A DNA stretch of 64,000 bases from an uncultured Chthonomonadaceae bacterium (GTDB taxonomy: Bacteria > Armatimonadota > Chthonomonadetes > Chthonomonadales > Chthonomonadaceae), in contig CAWIEK010000049.1 in assembly GCA_963835065.1 (NCBI GenBank), positions 1-64,000 on the forward strand, in the 5' to 3' direction. Shown here in pieces: positions 1-11,197 of the stretch; position 1 is the first letter of the stretch, and the number at the start of each line of letters is the position of its first letter. The notes below the pieces were generated by a model. It was not told where the DNA came from and ran no database searches. It worked only from the letters and a program-made list of their open reading frames with translations. The position numbers were made by a program, and so were the translations under genes.

Positions 1-134
1 GGTGAGGGAACCGCGCGCTTGAAACTTGCGCTGCACTGGCAAAAAGTGGCAGGCAAGGCGATTGCGGCAGGCAAACCGTGAGGAAGAAATTAGGCATCAG
101 GCATTAGATATTAGTACGCCTGGTTGGAGGCTGG

Positions 135-1407
135 ATGGATTGGGAAGAAGAAGCGCGGGAATTAGATGCGCGGGATCAACTTGCCGCGTTTCGGCAGCAA
201 TTTTATATACGGCCTGATGTGATTTATCTGGATGGCAATTCTTTGGGGCTGCTGTCGCGGCAGGCCGAGTCTGCCCTTCTAAATGTGCTGGAAATGTGGA
301 AAACGCTTGCCATTGACGGCTGGACAAGCGGGAGTTCGCCCTGGTTCACGCTTGCGGAAGAACTGGCGAAGCAGACCGCGCCCCTGATTGGCGCCGAAGC
401 GGATGAAGTGATTGTCACCAACTCCACAACCGTCAATCTGCATCAACTGGTGGCGACGCTGTACGCTCCCGATCCAAGCCGTTCTCACATCCTTGCCGAC
501 GCGCTCAATTTTCCTTCCGACCTGTACGCCCTGCAAAGCCAATTGCGCCTGCATAATCTTGACCCCGCCACGCACCTGATTCTTGTGCCGGGACGCAACG
601 GCCTGCTGCTGGATGAAGACGATATTGTGGCGCGCATGACCGCACAGATACAAATGGCGGTTCTGCCCTCCGTTGTGTATACAAGCGGGCAACTGTTGGA
701 CATTGCCTATCTCACCGCGCAGGCGCATAATCGGGATATTCATCATCGGGTTTGATTGTTCCCATTCCATCGGGGCCGTGCCGCACTATTTTGACGCGCA
801 GGGCGTGGATTTTGCCTTCTGGTGCAGTTACAAGTATTTGAATGGGGGGCCGGGAGCCAGCGGGGGATTGTACCTGAACCGCAGACACTTCGGACGCGCG
901 CCGGGACTGGCGGGCTGGTTCGGCAGCGCAAAAGAGCGACAGTTCGATATGGGCGGGGAACTTCATGCGCCGCGTCTCACGCGGGTGCGCTGCAAATCGG
1001 CACGCCCAACATTTTGAGCATGGCTCCGCTGTTGGGCGCGCTGGAATTGTTCGCGCAGGCGGGACGGGACGCGCTGCGGCATAAATCCCTTCGCCTGACC
1101 GAATTTCATAATGCAAATGGCGGATGCCACCCTGCGCGACATCGGCGCAAGCGTCGTCAATCCCCGCGAACCAACCCGGCGCGGCGGGCACGTCGCGCTT
1201 CAGCACCCGGAAGCCATGCGCGTATGCCGCGCTCTGCGCGCGCAGGGCGTCGTTCCCGATTTCCGCCCTCCCAACATCATTCGCCTCGCGCCCGCGCCCC
1301 TGTACAACTCGTTCGCAGACTGCTGCCGCGCCCTGCAAATCCTGTCCGACATTCTCACGAGCCGTACATACGAACAATTCGCAACAACGCGCGAACTCGT
1401 CTCGTGA
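135..1407 (+). CDS. kynU: Kynureninase, split by three apparent frameshifts (~745, ~970, ~1108)
   Basis: Consecutive frames give [40 protein letters not shown] (PLP Lys), GWFG and [20 protein letters not shown]; adjacent to kynB. Confidence 0.9.
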
Positions 1408-1501
1408 AAGAAGATATTAGGCATTAGATATTAGATATTAGGGTAGAAGACAGAAGACAGAAGACAGAAGCCCAATACCGAATACGGAACACCGAATACC
1501 C

Positions 1502-2122
1502 ATGCCTATTTACGACATAACCCTGCCCCTGTCGGAAGCGATTGCGCCCTGGCCGGGAGATACGCCGTATACGCGGACGCGCAATGCCACGTTGAGCGCG
1601 GGCGACAGCGTAAACCTGAGTTCGGTGTGCATGAGCGTTCACAACGGCACGCATACGGACGCGCCGTACCATTTCTCGGATGCGGGCGCAACGACGGAAC
1701 AACTCGACCTTGCCGCGTATATCGGACCGGCGGTTGTTGTGGATGTGTCGGGCTTGTCTGAGATAGGGATAGACGCGCTGGCTGGCATAGACTTTCGAGC
1801 CACGCCCCGCGTTCTGTTCAAAACCGGGGCATGGACGGACCACAGCCGTTTTCCCGATTCAATTCCCACGCTGGCTGCCGATGTGCCCGTGTATCTGCAA
1901 GCGCAGGGCGTGGTTCTGGCCGGTTTTGACGTTCCCTCTGTGGACGCCTTGGACAGCAAGACCCTGCCCATTCATCACGCCCTCGGCGCGGCCCGCATCG
2001 CCATCTTAGAATCGCTGCTTCTCGCGGACGTGCCTTCCGATGTGTACGAACTACTGGCGCTGCCCCTTAAACTTGTCGGCGCGGACGGCGCACCCGTTCG
2101 CGCCGTTCTGCGAACGCTATAA
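1502..2122 (+). CDS. kynB: Kynurenine formamidase (cyclase family)
   Basis: HNGTHTDAPYHF metal motif, DVPSVD, DGAPVRAVL; downstream of kynU. Confidence 0.88.
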   Translation: MPIYDITLPLSEAIAPWPGDTPYTRTRNATLSAGDSVNLSSVCMSVHNGTHTDAPYHFSDAGATTEQLDLAAYIGPAVVVDVSGLSEIGIDALAGIDFRATPRVLFKTGAWTDHSRFPDSIPTLAADVPVYLQAQGVVLAGFDVPSVDALDSKTLPIHHALGAARIAILESLLLADVPSDVYELLALPLKLVGADGAPVRAVLRTL

Positions 2123-2235
2123 GGGACTTTAAACAAAATAAATGTACCACCTGACCGAGTTCGTGAACGACCCGTCTAAAGGGCGTTCCGCCAACCGGTC
2201 TGAGACCGGAACACTTACTTTGTTGAAAATCCCTA
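2121..2235. mobile_element. Putative ~115 bp MITE / IS-end remnant
   Basis: Imperfect ~25 bp terminal inverted repeats aagggactttaaacaaaataaatgt / tagggattttcaacaaagtaagtgt (rev. comp.); no transposase. Confidence 0.5.
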
Positions 2236-2245
2236 ACCTCCCGCT

Positions 2246-2995
2246 TTATTCCGAACGCTTGGTTGGGCGAAAAACAAGATAGAACTGACTGGCGGAGCGC
2301 AAAAAGTCGCGCTGTTCGGCTAGTTCCCAACCGGCGGCTTTGGCTTCCGCAATCACGTCCTGCTGCCGTACCCAGTGCCCTTCGGGAGCGGGTGGATTGC
2401 CAATAATAGCGGCGTCGAAATCAATGATTGCCAGCCGCGCGTTTGGCCTCGCGTACCGATGCAACGCGCGCAAAAACGCAGTAGGATGCTCCACTTCATG
2501 ATACACAGTGAGCAGGACAAAGCAGTCTATGCTGTTGCGCGGCAGGCCCGGATCGTCGGCGCGGCCTAAAACAACATGTACATTAGGGCATGATCGCGCT
2601 TTTTGGTTCAGGGCGGGCAGAAACGCCGCCTGTATCTCTTCTTCATACACGCTGCCACGAGCGCCAACGCCCCGGCTGAGATAAGGCATCAGATACCCCG
2701 AACCCGCGCCAATGTCGGCTGCGCTTTCTCCCGGCTGCAGGCGCAGGGCTTCCACCACTTTTTGCGGCTGCTGCCATTTGTCGCGCGCCGCGCCTTCCAG
2801 CAATTCCGCCGCGTGGTCAGGATTGAACAGGGGCGAAACCGGACGCGCCGGGGCAACATCTGAACGCAACGCTTGATTTTGCAAAGGCGCAAGCGGATAT
2901 TGGCTGCGCTGAAACTGCGCCACGCGAACCAATGTACACGCGCCCAACACGAAGCAGGCGGTGAGGAAAAGGCGGCGGGGAAGGGCAGCGTTCAC
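2246..2995 (-). CDS. Class I SAM-dependent methyltransferase with N-terminal signal/anchor
   Basis: ADIGAGSGY motif, RDKWQQP, YHEVEHP; GTG start overlaps the upstream stop (GTGA). Confidence 0.8.
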   Translation of the reverse strand: MNAALPRRLFLTACFVLGACTLVRVAQFQRSQYPLAPLQNQALRSDVAPARPVSPLFNPDHAAELLEGAARDKWQQPQKVVEALRLQPGESAADIGAGSGYLMPYLSRGVGARGSVYEEEIQAAFLPALNQKARSCPNVHVVLGRADDPGLPRNSIDCFVLLTVYHEVEHPTAFLRALHRYARPNARLAIIDFDAAIIGNPPAPEGHWVRQQDVIAEAKAAGWELAEQRDFLRSASQFYLVFRPTKRSE

Positions 2996-4191
2996 GGCGT
3001 CACCCCCACCGTATACAGCGCGTGATGCAGGCAAAAACTCAGATGTTGGCCGTCCGGGAGCCAGCGAATGTCCTGAATTTCGTCCTCGTCCCTGCCTGCC
3101 GCGCCGGAAGCGGTTTCCACAACCATGCTGCCGATTTCGCGCATAGCCGTTCCCTGCAAATCGGAAACATACAGCCCCGTGCATTGGCAGGCAGGAGCAT
3201 GGATGGCAGGAAAAAGCCGATGAAGCCAGCCTTGCAGGGGCGGCGTGTAAACCTGCGAATGGCACAGCCAGAAAACCTGCGTTCCCTGCGGCGATACATT
3301 GCCCGGCGCTTCCCAGGAATTGTGAAAGACGGCAAATGTCAGGCCGGGCGGCGCGTGAAAAACATGCTTTGCGGGCGTGGAACCGGGACGCAAGGACAGG
3401 GTAAGCAATGTTCTCGTGTCGTTGTCTTCATAGGCTGAGGCGTAAGCGTACAGCAGTCCCGTTGGCGTGAGCAGGGGCGGGCTGTAGTAGGAAGTGGCGG
3501 CGAATTCCGGCGGAAGGGAGGCGGGGAGGAAGTTGATAGTTGATAGTTGATAGTTTAGGGGAGTCAGGAGTAACAGGCGTTGATTGGAGGAAGATGGGGT
3601 TGTGAGATTTGGCAGCAGACACAGGCGCGGCTTGTCTTCCAGCCAGTACAGGGCGCAGTCCGCCGCGTACCCGGCTTTGCGCAAATGGCTCCAATTCCAC
3701 GAATATTGCAAGCCGTTTTCGAGGGTGATAACGTGAATTCCCGTTGTGTCCTGCGTGGCGGCCTGTTTGCCGTTCGGGGAAACTTTCAGGAAGAAGGGCA
3801 GGTCTGTGGTATCGGTAAGACAATGCTGCAAAGCGGTCAGGGGTGTTTTTACGTTCGTTGTAATGTCGAAACGGGCAGGCGTCCAGGACACAACGGAGGT
3901 GTGGTCGAACACCAGCAGTTCGTGATTGGAAAGCCATTGATACGGCGTGTCTCCCGAAAACCCGGTGCGGCTCGCTTTTTGCAGCAGGTCAGGATGCGGC
4001 GATAAGCGCAGCAACAGCAGCAGCCACCCGCCGAGAAAAAGCGCGGCGCACAGTACGCGAAGCGCCGTTTTGTTGGTACGGGTGAGTGGAACATCGTTCA
4101 GATAAGTGTTTGTAGGGGCGCAATTTATTGCGCCCTCTGCGTGGCAATTTATTGCGCCCTCTGTCGTGTTTTTAGATGTGGGCTGGGGCAT
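2992..4191 (-). CDS. Hypothetical membrane-anchored protein (TolB/beta-propeller-like repeats)
   Basis: Hydrophobic segment, VSPNGK, VSPQG and WLPDGQHLSF motifs; start coupled to upstream stop (TAATG). Confidence 0.6.
   Translation of the reverse strand: MPQPTSKNTTEGAINCHAEGAINCAPTNTYLNDVPLTRTNKTALRVLCAALFLGGWLLLLLRLSPHPDLLQKASRTGFSGDTPYQWLSNHELLVFDHTSVVSWTPARFDITTNVKTPLTALQHCLTDTTDLPFFLKVSPNGKQAATQDTTGIHVITLENGLQYSWNWSHLRKAGYAADCALYWLEDKPRLCLLPNLTTPSSSNQRLLLLTPLNYQLSTINFLPASLPPEFAATSYYSPPLLTPTGLLYAYASAYEDNDTRTLLTLSLRPGSTPAKHVFHAPPGLTFAVFHNSWEAPGNVSPQGTQVFWLCHSQVYTPPLQGWLHRLFPAIHAPACQCTGLYVSDLQGTAMREIGSMVVETASGAAGRDEDEIQDIRWLPDGQHLSFCLHHALYTVGVTP
4112..4163 (+). repeat. GTAG-type REP-like palindrome with partial tandem copy
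   Basis: gtaggggcgcaatttattgcgccc followed by a second gcaatttattgcgccctctg. Confidence 0.65.
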
Positions 4192-5748
4192 TACTTTGCA
4201 GATTTTGTATGCAGTCGCTCATCGGCTAAATCTAAGCGGTACAGGATTTGATTGTAGTCGTAGCGGGGCGTGGGCGGCGTATCCGGGTTGCCGGTGAACT
4301 GATTGGTGTACGTGCCCTCGAAATAAATGATGCGCCCGCCCTGCTGATCGAAAAACGGATGCTGCGCGGGATTATAAAAAGTGTAGCGGTCATGCGTGAC
4401 GATCTTTTTGGCGTCGCGCCACGGTCCTTCGGGTGTTGCGGCTTCGGCGTACCACACTTCGCCCAGATACGACGCTCCGCCCGCCTGCACAACAATCATA
4501 ATCCAGCATTTGCGGTAAGCGTTCCAATACACGGAGCCGCCGTGCGCTTCCACAGCGCTGCCCGTGTCTAAATCGCGCAGGGAAAAGGGCGATTCTGCCG
4601 CTCTCATTTTGCCTGCTTTGACAAGGGCGTTTTGCTGCGGGGGCGAAACGGGCGCGGTATCGCGCTTCCATGCCCATACGAGTTTTCCTGTTGCGTCCCG
4701 TTCCAATTTGCTGTCCGTGCCCGCGTAACGGCTGCCGGCGACAAGCGGCGTATACGCTTCATAATGCGAAGGCGTTTCAATGTCCGCGAGTGTGGCTTTT
4801 ACGCGCAGGTTGGGGTACGGCGTGGGAAAGTACAGGTAGTCCGCGCCGTCTGCAAGATGGTGAAACGGATGCCCCTGCGGATAAATCGCCTCGTCTAAAT
4901 CAAACTTCGTCAGCCGCTCGAACGTTTGCGTCGCGTCATTGAAGCGCATCAGGCCGCGTTCTAAGGGCGCGCTTAATCCTTTCAAACGCTCGTAGCGGCA
5001 GAGCAATGTTTCCTGCCCGCCTGCGTCAGGAACCGTCATCAGGGCGTCAATCCACACGACGCCAGGTTCGGGAAGCGGAGCCATTGCCCGGCAAAAGCCT
5101 TCCGGGTTGACAAAGTACATCAGGTCAATGCCGACAGCAGGATCAAGCCCGCCCTTGCCCGGCAGCAGGGATGTCGCGCCCGACGTGGCGAAATTGCCGA
5201 GCGGGTAGGCGGGACGGCTCGTATCGCCCCAAAACCAGTATAGTTTTCCCTTGTACGGCACAACCTCAACCGTATCCTGCCCCGTCACCTGCCCGTTCAT
5301 CACGGGCTTCTTAATCGGAGCGGGTTCGCCAAGCAGAACCGTGTCCCGGTAAACGCCTTCGCCCGTGATCCGGTACAAGCGTTCCGCAATGTTGACGCGC
5401 TCCATTTCCAATGTTGCGCTTCCGTCCGCTTTGACGCGCAGCTTCGTGCCGCGATACCCGAAAGCGTCAGCCGGGAACGTATAGCCGTGACTTTGAACAA
5501 AGAAGAACACGTCCTGATCCATCAGGCCGGGTTCATAAAACGCAATCACGCCCCGGCTGTCCGTGACGTACCGCGCCTGATTTACCGTCCGCAGTTCCAC
5601 CAGCAGGGACGCCGCGCTTTGTCTGCTTGTCCACCACCGTTATTTTGAAATACTTGCCCGCCTCGTCAGCGTTCACGGATTGCTGAACACACATTAGACA
5701 CCACAGGCCGATGACAAAAGCAATCCACAAGCGCGTCCGTAGAAACAT
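4191..5748 (-). CDS. Exported hypothetical protein (frameshift ~5600)
   Basis: Signal-peptide ORF 5533-5748 (..VVDKQTKRGVP) continues in the 4191-5600 frame (VELRTVN..). Confidence 0.7.
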
Positions 5749-5871
5749 CTCTTTTCCTTGTATCTAAATAGACGCTTGCGCTGTAACAGGTATATAAAAT
5801 ACCGGTTGTCAGGCCTGCGGCCAACTGTCCTGCGGACATTGGATGAGTGCCGTGTTTAAGTGGCTTGTCCA

Positions 5872-6769
5872 CTATTTTACGCGGTGCGCCTGCAAGCCTT
5901 TGGAATTTGCCAGGGCTTCCTGCCAGCGCCGTTTCCATTCAGGATAGTCCGTCAGTACGGTTTCGGGATGTTGGCGGCTGCGAACGACGAAGTCGGGATG
6001 AAACGGCCTGCCGGTCGGCTGTCCCGTCGGCTGAAAGCGCAGGTCTACGCTCCAGCGAACGTGGTCGCTGTAATTGGGCGTGGAGCGGTGCGGCGTATAG
6101 CGGTGCATGAACACAAGGCCGCCCTTGCGAACGGGAACGGCGCGCGGTTCACATTCGGGCAGCAAATCGGGGCGTATAGTCGTGCCGCCTTCGGCCTGAT
6201 GCGTCAAATACCCCTGCTTCCACACGCCCGGCATCACTTCCATGCAGCCGTTTTCCACCGTCGCGTCTACAAGCGGCAGCCAGCACGTCACAATATCGGA
6301 AGCATCCGCTTCTTCCCACGTTACGCCCGCGTCCTGATGCCAGGGCACGTTGTAAAATCCCGCGCCTTCGCCGGCATAGCGGGACGGCGGCTTGGCGCGG
6401 ATGTGCTGAATGGGATTGCAGGTAATTTCCGGCCCGATAAGCGACTCAACGGCGTCCAGCAAATGCGGGTTGTGCAGGAATTCAAAGGTGGCGGGGCCAA
6501 GCACCGTCATAATGTCCATGCCGCTCAGAATGTCGGGCGACTGCGCGTACAGCAGGGCGACGCGCTGCGCGAAACGGCGCGTCGGCGTGAAGTTCGGTAA
6601 TTTTGCCTTTCTCAATCAGCAAATTTGCCCGGTCGTCAATCCACGCGGCATATTCCGCAATCACCGGAGCCAAATCCGCGTCGGTTAAGATGATTTCCGC
6701 AACCAATACGCCTTCTTCTCGAAACCGGCGTACCTGTTCCGCGCTCAATCCTGATGCTGTTGCTGTCAT
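5872..6769 (-). CDS. Phytanoyl-CoA dioxygenase family Fe(II)/2OG oxygenase (frameshift ~6600)
   Basis: LSAEQVRRFREEG N-terminus, PWHQD, ENGCM, TPHRSTPN, RWSVDLRF. Confidence 0.85.
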
Positions 6770-6878
6770 AGTTTGCCTCCCGCCATTGATTGAAGGATGA
6801 AATAGGCCGCAAATTCACGCAAATTCAGCGCATGTATAGTATAGAATAATTACCGCAAATGAATACATTGTGGCCGTA

Positions 6879-8100
6879 TCAGGGCTTGATGGGAATGTCG
6901 GGCGTGACGGGACGCTGGCCGCGCAGCATCTTTGCGCCTTCGCCGACGAGACGCAGATACCAGTCGGACGGCAAGCCTTCGTAGCCGACAAAATGCGCCT
7001 GTGTCGGCGGCTCGCTCGTTACCTTGAAAATCGCCGTTCCCTCGTCCACTTCGTCGAACATCGCCACATACGCCCCGGTTACGCCCATTGTCGCCAGTTC
7101 GTGAAACTGCTCCCACAGGAATTGCCCGCCGCGCCGCGCAATCAGGCTTGTGCCTGCCGGCTTGCGCTGCAGGTTGTCCCAACTAAAACCGGGATACACG
7201 ACCGGCAGCCACATTTTACCCCGCTGTTCGCAATCGCGCTTGTCTTCCGCCCAATAGCCCATGCTGGCATGTTTCACTCCCGCCGCGTCTACGGAATAGT
7301 TGCCGATGTTCCAGGGCGCGTAGGCGTCGAAACGGCGGTAAAACTTCTGCCACTCCGGTTCAGGATTGTTCCGCCAGTTCCAGTCGCCGCCGCCGACCAG
7401 GAACGCCCCGTACCGTCCCGGCGTTTGGAAGTAGTCTATCAGTCGGTTCGCCAGTTCCGGCGTCATGGCATTGCCGGCATTGTGCCAGTAAAAGCCCCAG
7501 ATATTCACGACGGGTTTGCGGTTCTGATGCAGGTAGCGCTTGTCACTCGTCACGCCCGCGTCTACCATTGCTTTCCAGTCGTTCGTCAGCACATCGAAAA
7601 TACGGTCGGTCGGCATCCCGGCAATGTCATAGGAAAGCGCCCAGGCGCGTCCTGTTTGTGTGGCCGCCGCCTGCACATGCTTTAGGACGCGCAGGCGGGA
7701 TGGGTAGCGAACCGCATCGCGCCCACCCGGTAAATCCACGAGAAAATGCTGCAGCCATGCGCCGTCAATGCCATACTCGCGCATCCACTCGAAATGCCGC
7801 AGGACGGTACGGGCATTGTCCGCGCTGTACAGTTCCGCCGGCTTGCCGTCGGGATAGGTAAAGCCGGGAACCGTAAACCGCTCGCTTGCCTCGTATTCCC
7901 GCATGTCAGGCCACATTTCAAACGTCAGGGATTCGGGCGCAATGCGCTGCGAATCGCGGCTCCAATGTATCCAGCCCATGCCCGCCGCGTCGCCCGGACA
8001 GCGAAACCAACCCTGATAGCCGCACATCACCTTGCCGCGCAGCGTATTTGCGTCAACAGGATTTCAGGGAAGCCACTGCGAGAGTATAGAGAAAAATCAA
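6879..8100 (-). CDS. Glycoside hydrolase family 71/99-like protein (N-terminus probably frameshifted ~8060)
   Basis: GKVMCGYQGWF, HFEWMREYGIDG, PGFSWDNL, YVAMFDEVDEGTAIFK. Confidence 0.75.
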
Positions 8101-8145
8101 TGCGGAATACAACAAGGCGAGGCTCCGTTTCCAGACACGAGGGTT

Positions 8146-9108
8146 TCAAACGCAAAGCGTCAGCGTGTCTCCCGGCGACAAAGCCAATACCGCAGCAGCG
8201 TTTCCATCCCGAACGGCAATTTCCAAACGCCCGCCACTGCCCCAATAGGCCAGCGGCTGTCCGGGCGCGGCGTCGGCAAACGTTCGCGCTACTCCCTGCC
8301 ATGCCTGCCTGCCCGCTCGAAATTTAAGATTGGCTTCAAACGCTTTCACCGCGCCATCTTCCGCGCCGTCGCACCTAACGCCCGACCCCCAACACCCTAT
8401 ACCCTCTCCGTCAAATACTTCCAACGCTCCCGCTTCCGCGCTGAAGCCGGTTCCCGCCGCCCATAACCACAATCGCCATAGCTCCCATTCCCTGCATTCC
8501 AGATCGGTAATCAGGTTGCCGAAGCGGTCGGCGTACAAAATGTGCAGGCGCAGGCAGGCGCGTCCCTCGGCGTCTCGTTCCCGCTGTGGCTGCGGCAGCG
8601 CCAGTTGTACCAGGGCGTCCGGCGCAACAATCTCGCCCAACGCTTCCAACTCCAACCCCATTGCCAGATGCGCGGCAACGGGCGCGAATACATCCCTGCC
8701 GTGAAAGGTCGCGCTGATACTGGGAAGACAATAACGCCGCGCTTGGTCGGTCAGGCGGACGGCGCGAACGGCGGGCTGGCGGCGCAGGGGCAGGGTCAGG
8801 ACGCCGTTATCGGGCGCGACGAACAAGGCTCTTTCCGTTTCCACCACGCAAGCCGCTCGATGACTGCCGACGCCGGGGTCTACCACCACCACATGCGCGG
8901 TTCCGGGTGGAAAGTAATCAATCGCCGCTTCCAGTCGCGCGCTCGCTTCCAGAACGTTCTGCGGCGAAACCTCGTGCGTCAAATCTACAAGGCGGGCGTC
9001 TGGCGCAAGAGCGTAAATCACGCCCTTCATCACGCCAACGTAGGTATCCACAAGCCCGAAATCGGTTGTCAGCGTAATCAAGGGCGGCTGTAAACACAAG
9101 AACGACAT
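8146..9108 (-). CDS. SAM hydroxide adenosyltransferase / chlorinase-fluorinase family (DUF62)
   Basis: ITLTTDFG, VVDPGVGS, APDNG, SATFHGRDVFAP, DRFGNLIT, LEIAV. Confidence 0.9.
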   Translation of the reverse strand: MSFLCLQPPLITLTTDFGLVDTYVGVMKGVIYALAPDARLVDLTHEVSPQNVLEASARLEAAIDYFPPGTAHVVVVDPGVGSHRAACVVETERALFVAPDNGVLTLPLRRQPAVRAVRLTDQARRYCLPSISATFHGRDVFAPVAAHLAMGLELEALGEIVAPDALVQLALPQPQRERDAEGRACLRLHILYADRFGNLITDLECREWELWRLWLWAAGTGFSAEAGALEVFDGEGIGCWGSGVRCDGAEDGAVKAFEANLKFRAGRQAWQGVARTFADAAPGQPLAYWGSGGRLEIAVRDGNAAAVLALSPGDTLTLCV

Positions 9109-9401
9109 GGCAACACTTCCTGACGCGCAATCGTATCTAATGGATAAGAATTCACTCTGGCAGGCACAGTATATCTGACAGCTACAGTATACCAGAAGAC
9201 ACTCTTGCCTGACTCAGTAACAAGTCTATTTCGATCTTGCCCGATCCTGCTAATCCGTCCCTCACGGCGCATCTTTCCGTTATCCCGTTCCGGGTGGCGC
9301 TGAATGTAATAAGCCGAAGCGCCGGGGTTGCCTGCTCCCTGCCTTCGGACCTTGCCGACAAACTCGACCTGACCAGTAAAGCGGCAGCGCTATGACGCGA
9401 C

Positions 9402-9445
9402 AAAAAGCAAAGCGGCGTTCCTGATACTCATCAAGAACGCCGCTT
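9402..9445 (-). terminator. Intrinsic terminator
   Basis: aagcggcgttc..gaacgccgctt stem followed by a T-run on the minus strand. Confidence 0.65.
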
Positions 9446-9534
9446 CATTCAAGTCTGCCCACGGGGCAACCGCTAATCTACAATCCAGAATTGAAAATGG
9501 AAGATCGGCAATCTACAATCGGCAGTCGAAAATT

Positions 9535-9777
9535 CTAATTCCCTAACTCCTTGCGCTTGCCCGCGCCGGTGCTTGGGTTGGCAACCACGCGCCCCGACCC
9601 ATCGGTTCTGGCGCCCGTAATGAACGGGTCTTTTGTGCCCTGATTACCGACAACGGCATCCGGCGTGTGGGGCGGATTGCAGCCCGAAAGCAGCGCGCAA
9701 ACAGTTATCAGCCCAATTGCCATCACGCCCATTGCGGGGCGGCGTTTACGGGAAGCAGAATCAGCGCGAAAAATCAT
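9535..9777 (-). CDS. Small putative lipoprotein
   Basis: Basic-hydrophobic signal with lipobox LSGC; aggag RBS. Confidence 0.6.
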   Translation of the reverse strand: MIFRADSASRKRRPAMGVMAIGLITVCALLSGCNPPHTPDAVVGNQGTKDPFITGARTDGSGRVVANPSTGAGKRKELGN

Positions 9778-9892
9778 TATTGTCTCCTGAACAAAAACAT
9801 ATTCGGCTACAGCATACCCGACCGGCAGGATTTAAGCAAGCGTTGTCGAACAAGGAAGGAGAAATTCAGTAAAGGAAATTGAAGGAATTTAT

Positions 9893-11065
9893 ATGCGCAA
9901 ACTGTTTGCCTGCTTGCTCGCTTGTGTGGCGATTGCCGCGCCCTCCTTATTCGTTCGCGCCGATGTACCCGTTCCTCGCGCTGCCAACAGTTCTCAGGTC
10001 AAGACCATTATGCAAACAGACAAACCCGCTCTGCCGCAAACCGCGCCGGACGCGGATGTTCTGGTGTTGTCGCCGCGCAATTACCAGGTATTTCAGCGGC
10101 AAACCAAACAAGCGGGGCGTATCTTCATCAGCGGACGCATTCGCCCGGCCTGCGACAAAGTGGAAGCGCGGGTATCGGGCAAATCCGTTGTGGGCATCCT
10201 GCCGGGCGCATGGCAGCCTGTCACGCTGTTGCCCACCGCGCAGGCGTTCAGCGCCAATCTGCCGACAAGCGCGGGCGGCTGGTACAAAGTGGAAGTGCGG
10301 GCATTGAAGGCGGGGCAGGTTGTCGGGCAGTCCATGATTGAGAATGTGGGCATCGGGGAGGTTTTCGTTGGCGCGGGACAGTCCAACTCGACCAATTCGG
10401 GCGAGGAGCCTATTCAGCAGACAAGCGGCATGGTGTCCGCGTTTTCCGGCGCGAGTTGGCAGCTTGCCAATGACCCGCAGCCGGGAACGCATGACCACAG
10501 CGGCGGCGGCAGCTTCTGGCCCACGTTCGGCGATGCAATGTACCAGAAATATCATGTTCCTATCGGCGTGGCCGTCACCGGGCATGGCGGCACGAGCGTC
10601 AATCAATGGCAGCCGAACGGGGAATTGTTTCAATGGATGCTGACGCGCATTTACCAGCTTGGACCGAACGGGTTTCGGGCGCTCCTGTGGCATCAGGGCG
10701 AATCGGATGTCAATTTGAGTACGGACGATTACGCCAGCCGATTAACAACCGTCATCCAAGCCTCGAAACAGCTTGCCGGGTGGGAGTTTCCCTGGATTGT
10801 GGCGCAGGTGTCGTACCACAACCCGAAAGAAGCGTCGTTTGCGAGTACCCGTGACGCGCAAAAGAAATTGTGGGACACAAACATCGCGCTGGAAGGCCCC
10901 GACACAGACACGCTGACGGGCGACAACCGCGACACGAACGGTCAGGGCATCCATTTCAGCGCCAAAGGCTTGCGGGCGCACGGGCAGCTCTGGGCGGATA
11001 AAGTGAGCGCATGGCTGGACCGCGCCCTCAACGCCCAACCCGGCAAGCAAACGGCAGCGCGGTAA
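9893..11065 (+). CDS. Sialate O-acetylesterase / SGNH carbohydrate esterase, exported
   Basis: GAGQSNS, WHQGES, GIHF; signal peptide. Confidence 0.8.
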   Translation: MRKLFACLLACVAIAAPSLFVRADVPVPRAANSSQVKTIMQTDKPALPQTAPDADVLVLSPRNYQVFQRQTKQAGRIFISGRIRPACDKVEARVSGKSVVGILPGAWQPVTLLPTAQAFSANLPTSAGGWYKVEVRALKAGQVVGQSMIENVGIGEVFVGAGQSNSTNSGEEPIQQTSGMVSAFSGASWQLANDPQPGTHDHSGGGSFWPTFGDAMYQKYHVPIGVAVTGHGGTSVNQWQPNGELFQWMLTRIYQLGPNGFRALLWHQGESDVNLSTDDYASRLTTVIQASKQLAGWEFPWIVAQVSYHNPKEASFASTRDAQKKLWDTNIALEGPDTDTLTGDNRDTNGQGIHFSAKGLRAHGQLWADKVSAWLDRALNAQPGKQTAAR

Positions 11066-11197
11066 TGTGGAGGATTTCACCGCAACCTTCTCCTCTCCTG
11101 CAAACTCGAATCGCCGCCGACAATCACTTACATTGCCGATAGGCAGTCGGCAAGCATAGCTAAACTTAGAAACTAAACTTAGAAACGGAGAAACAGT

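Noticed and set aside
135..1407. Programmed frameshifting in kynU
   Set aside because: No consistent slippery sites, and similar indels are scattered across unrelated genes
9230..9400. Possible SAM riboswitch or SRP RNA upstream of the SAM hydrolase
   Set aside because: GAGGGA and GCAACC occur in the wrong order for SAM-I, and the SRP domain IV motif does not match; an Rfam scan would be needed
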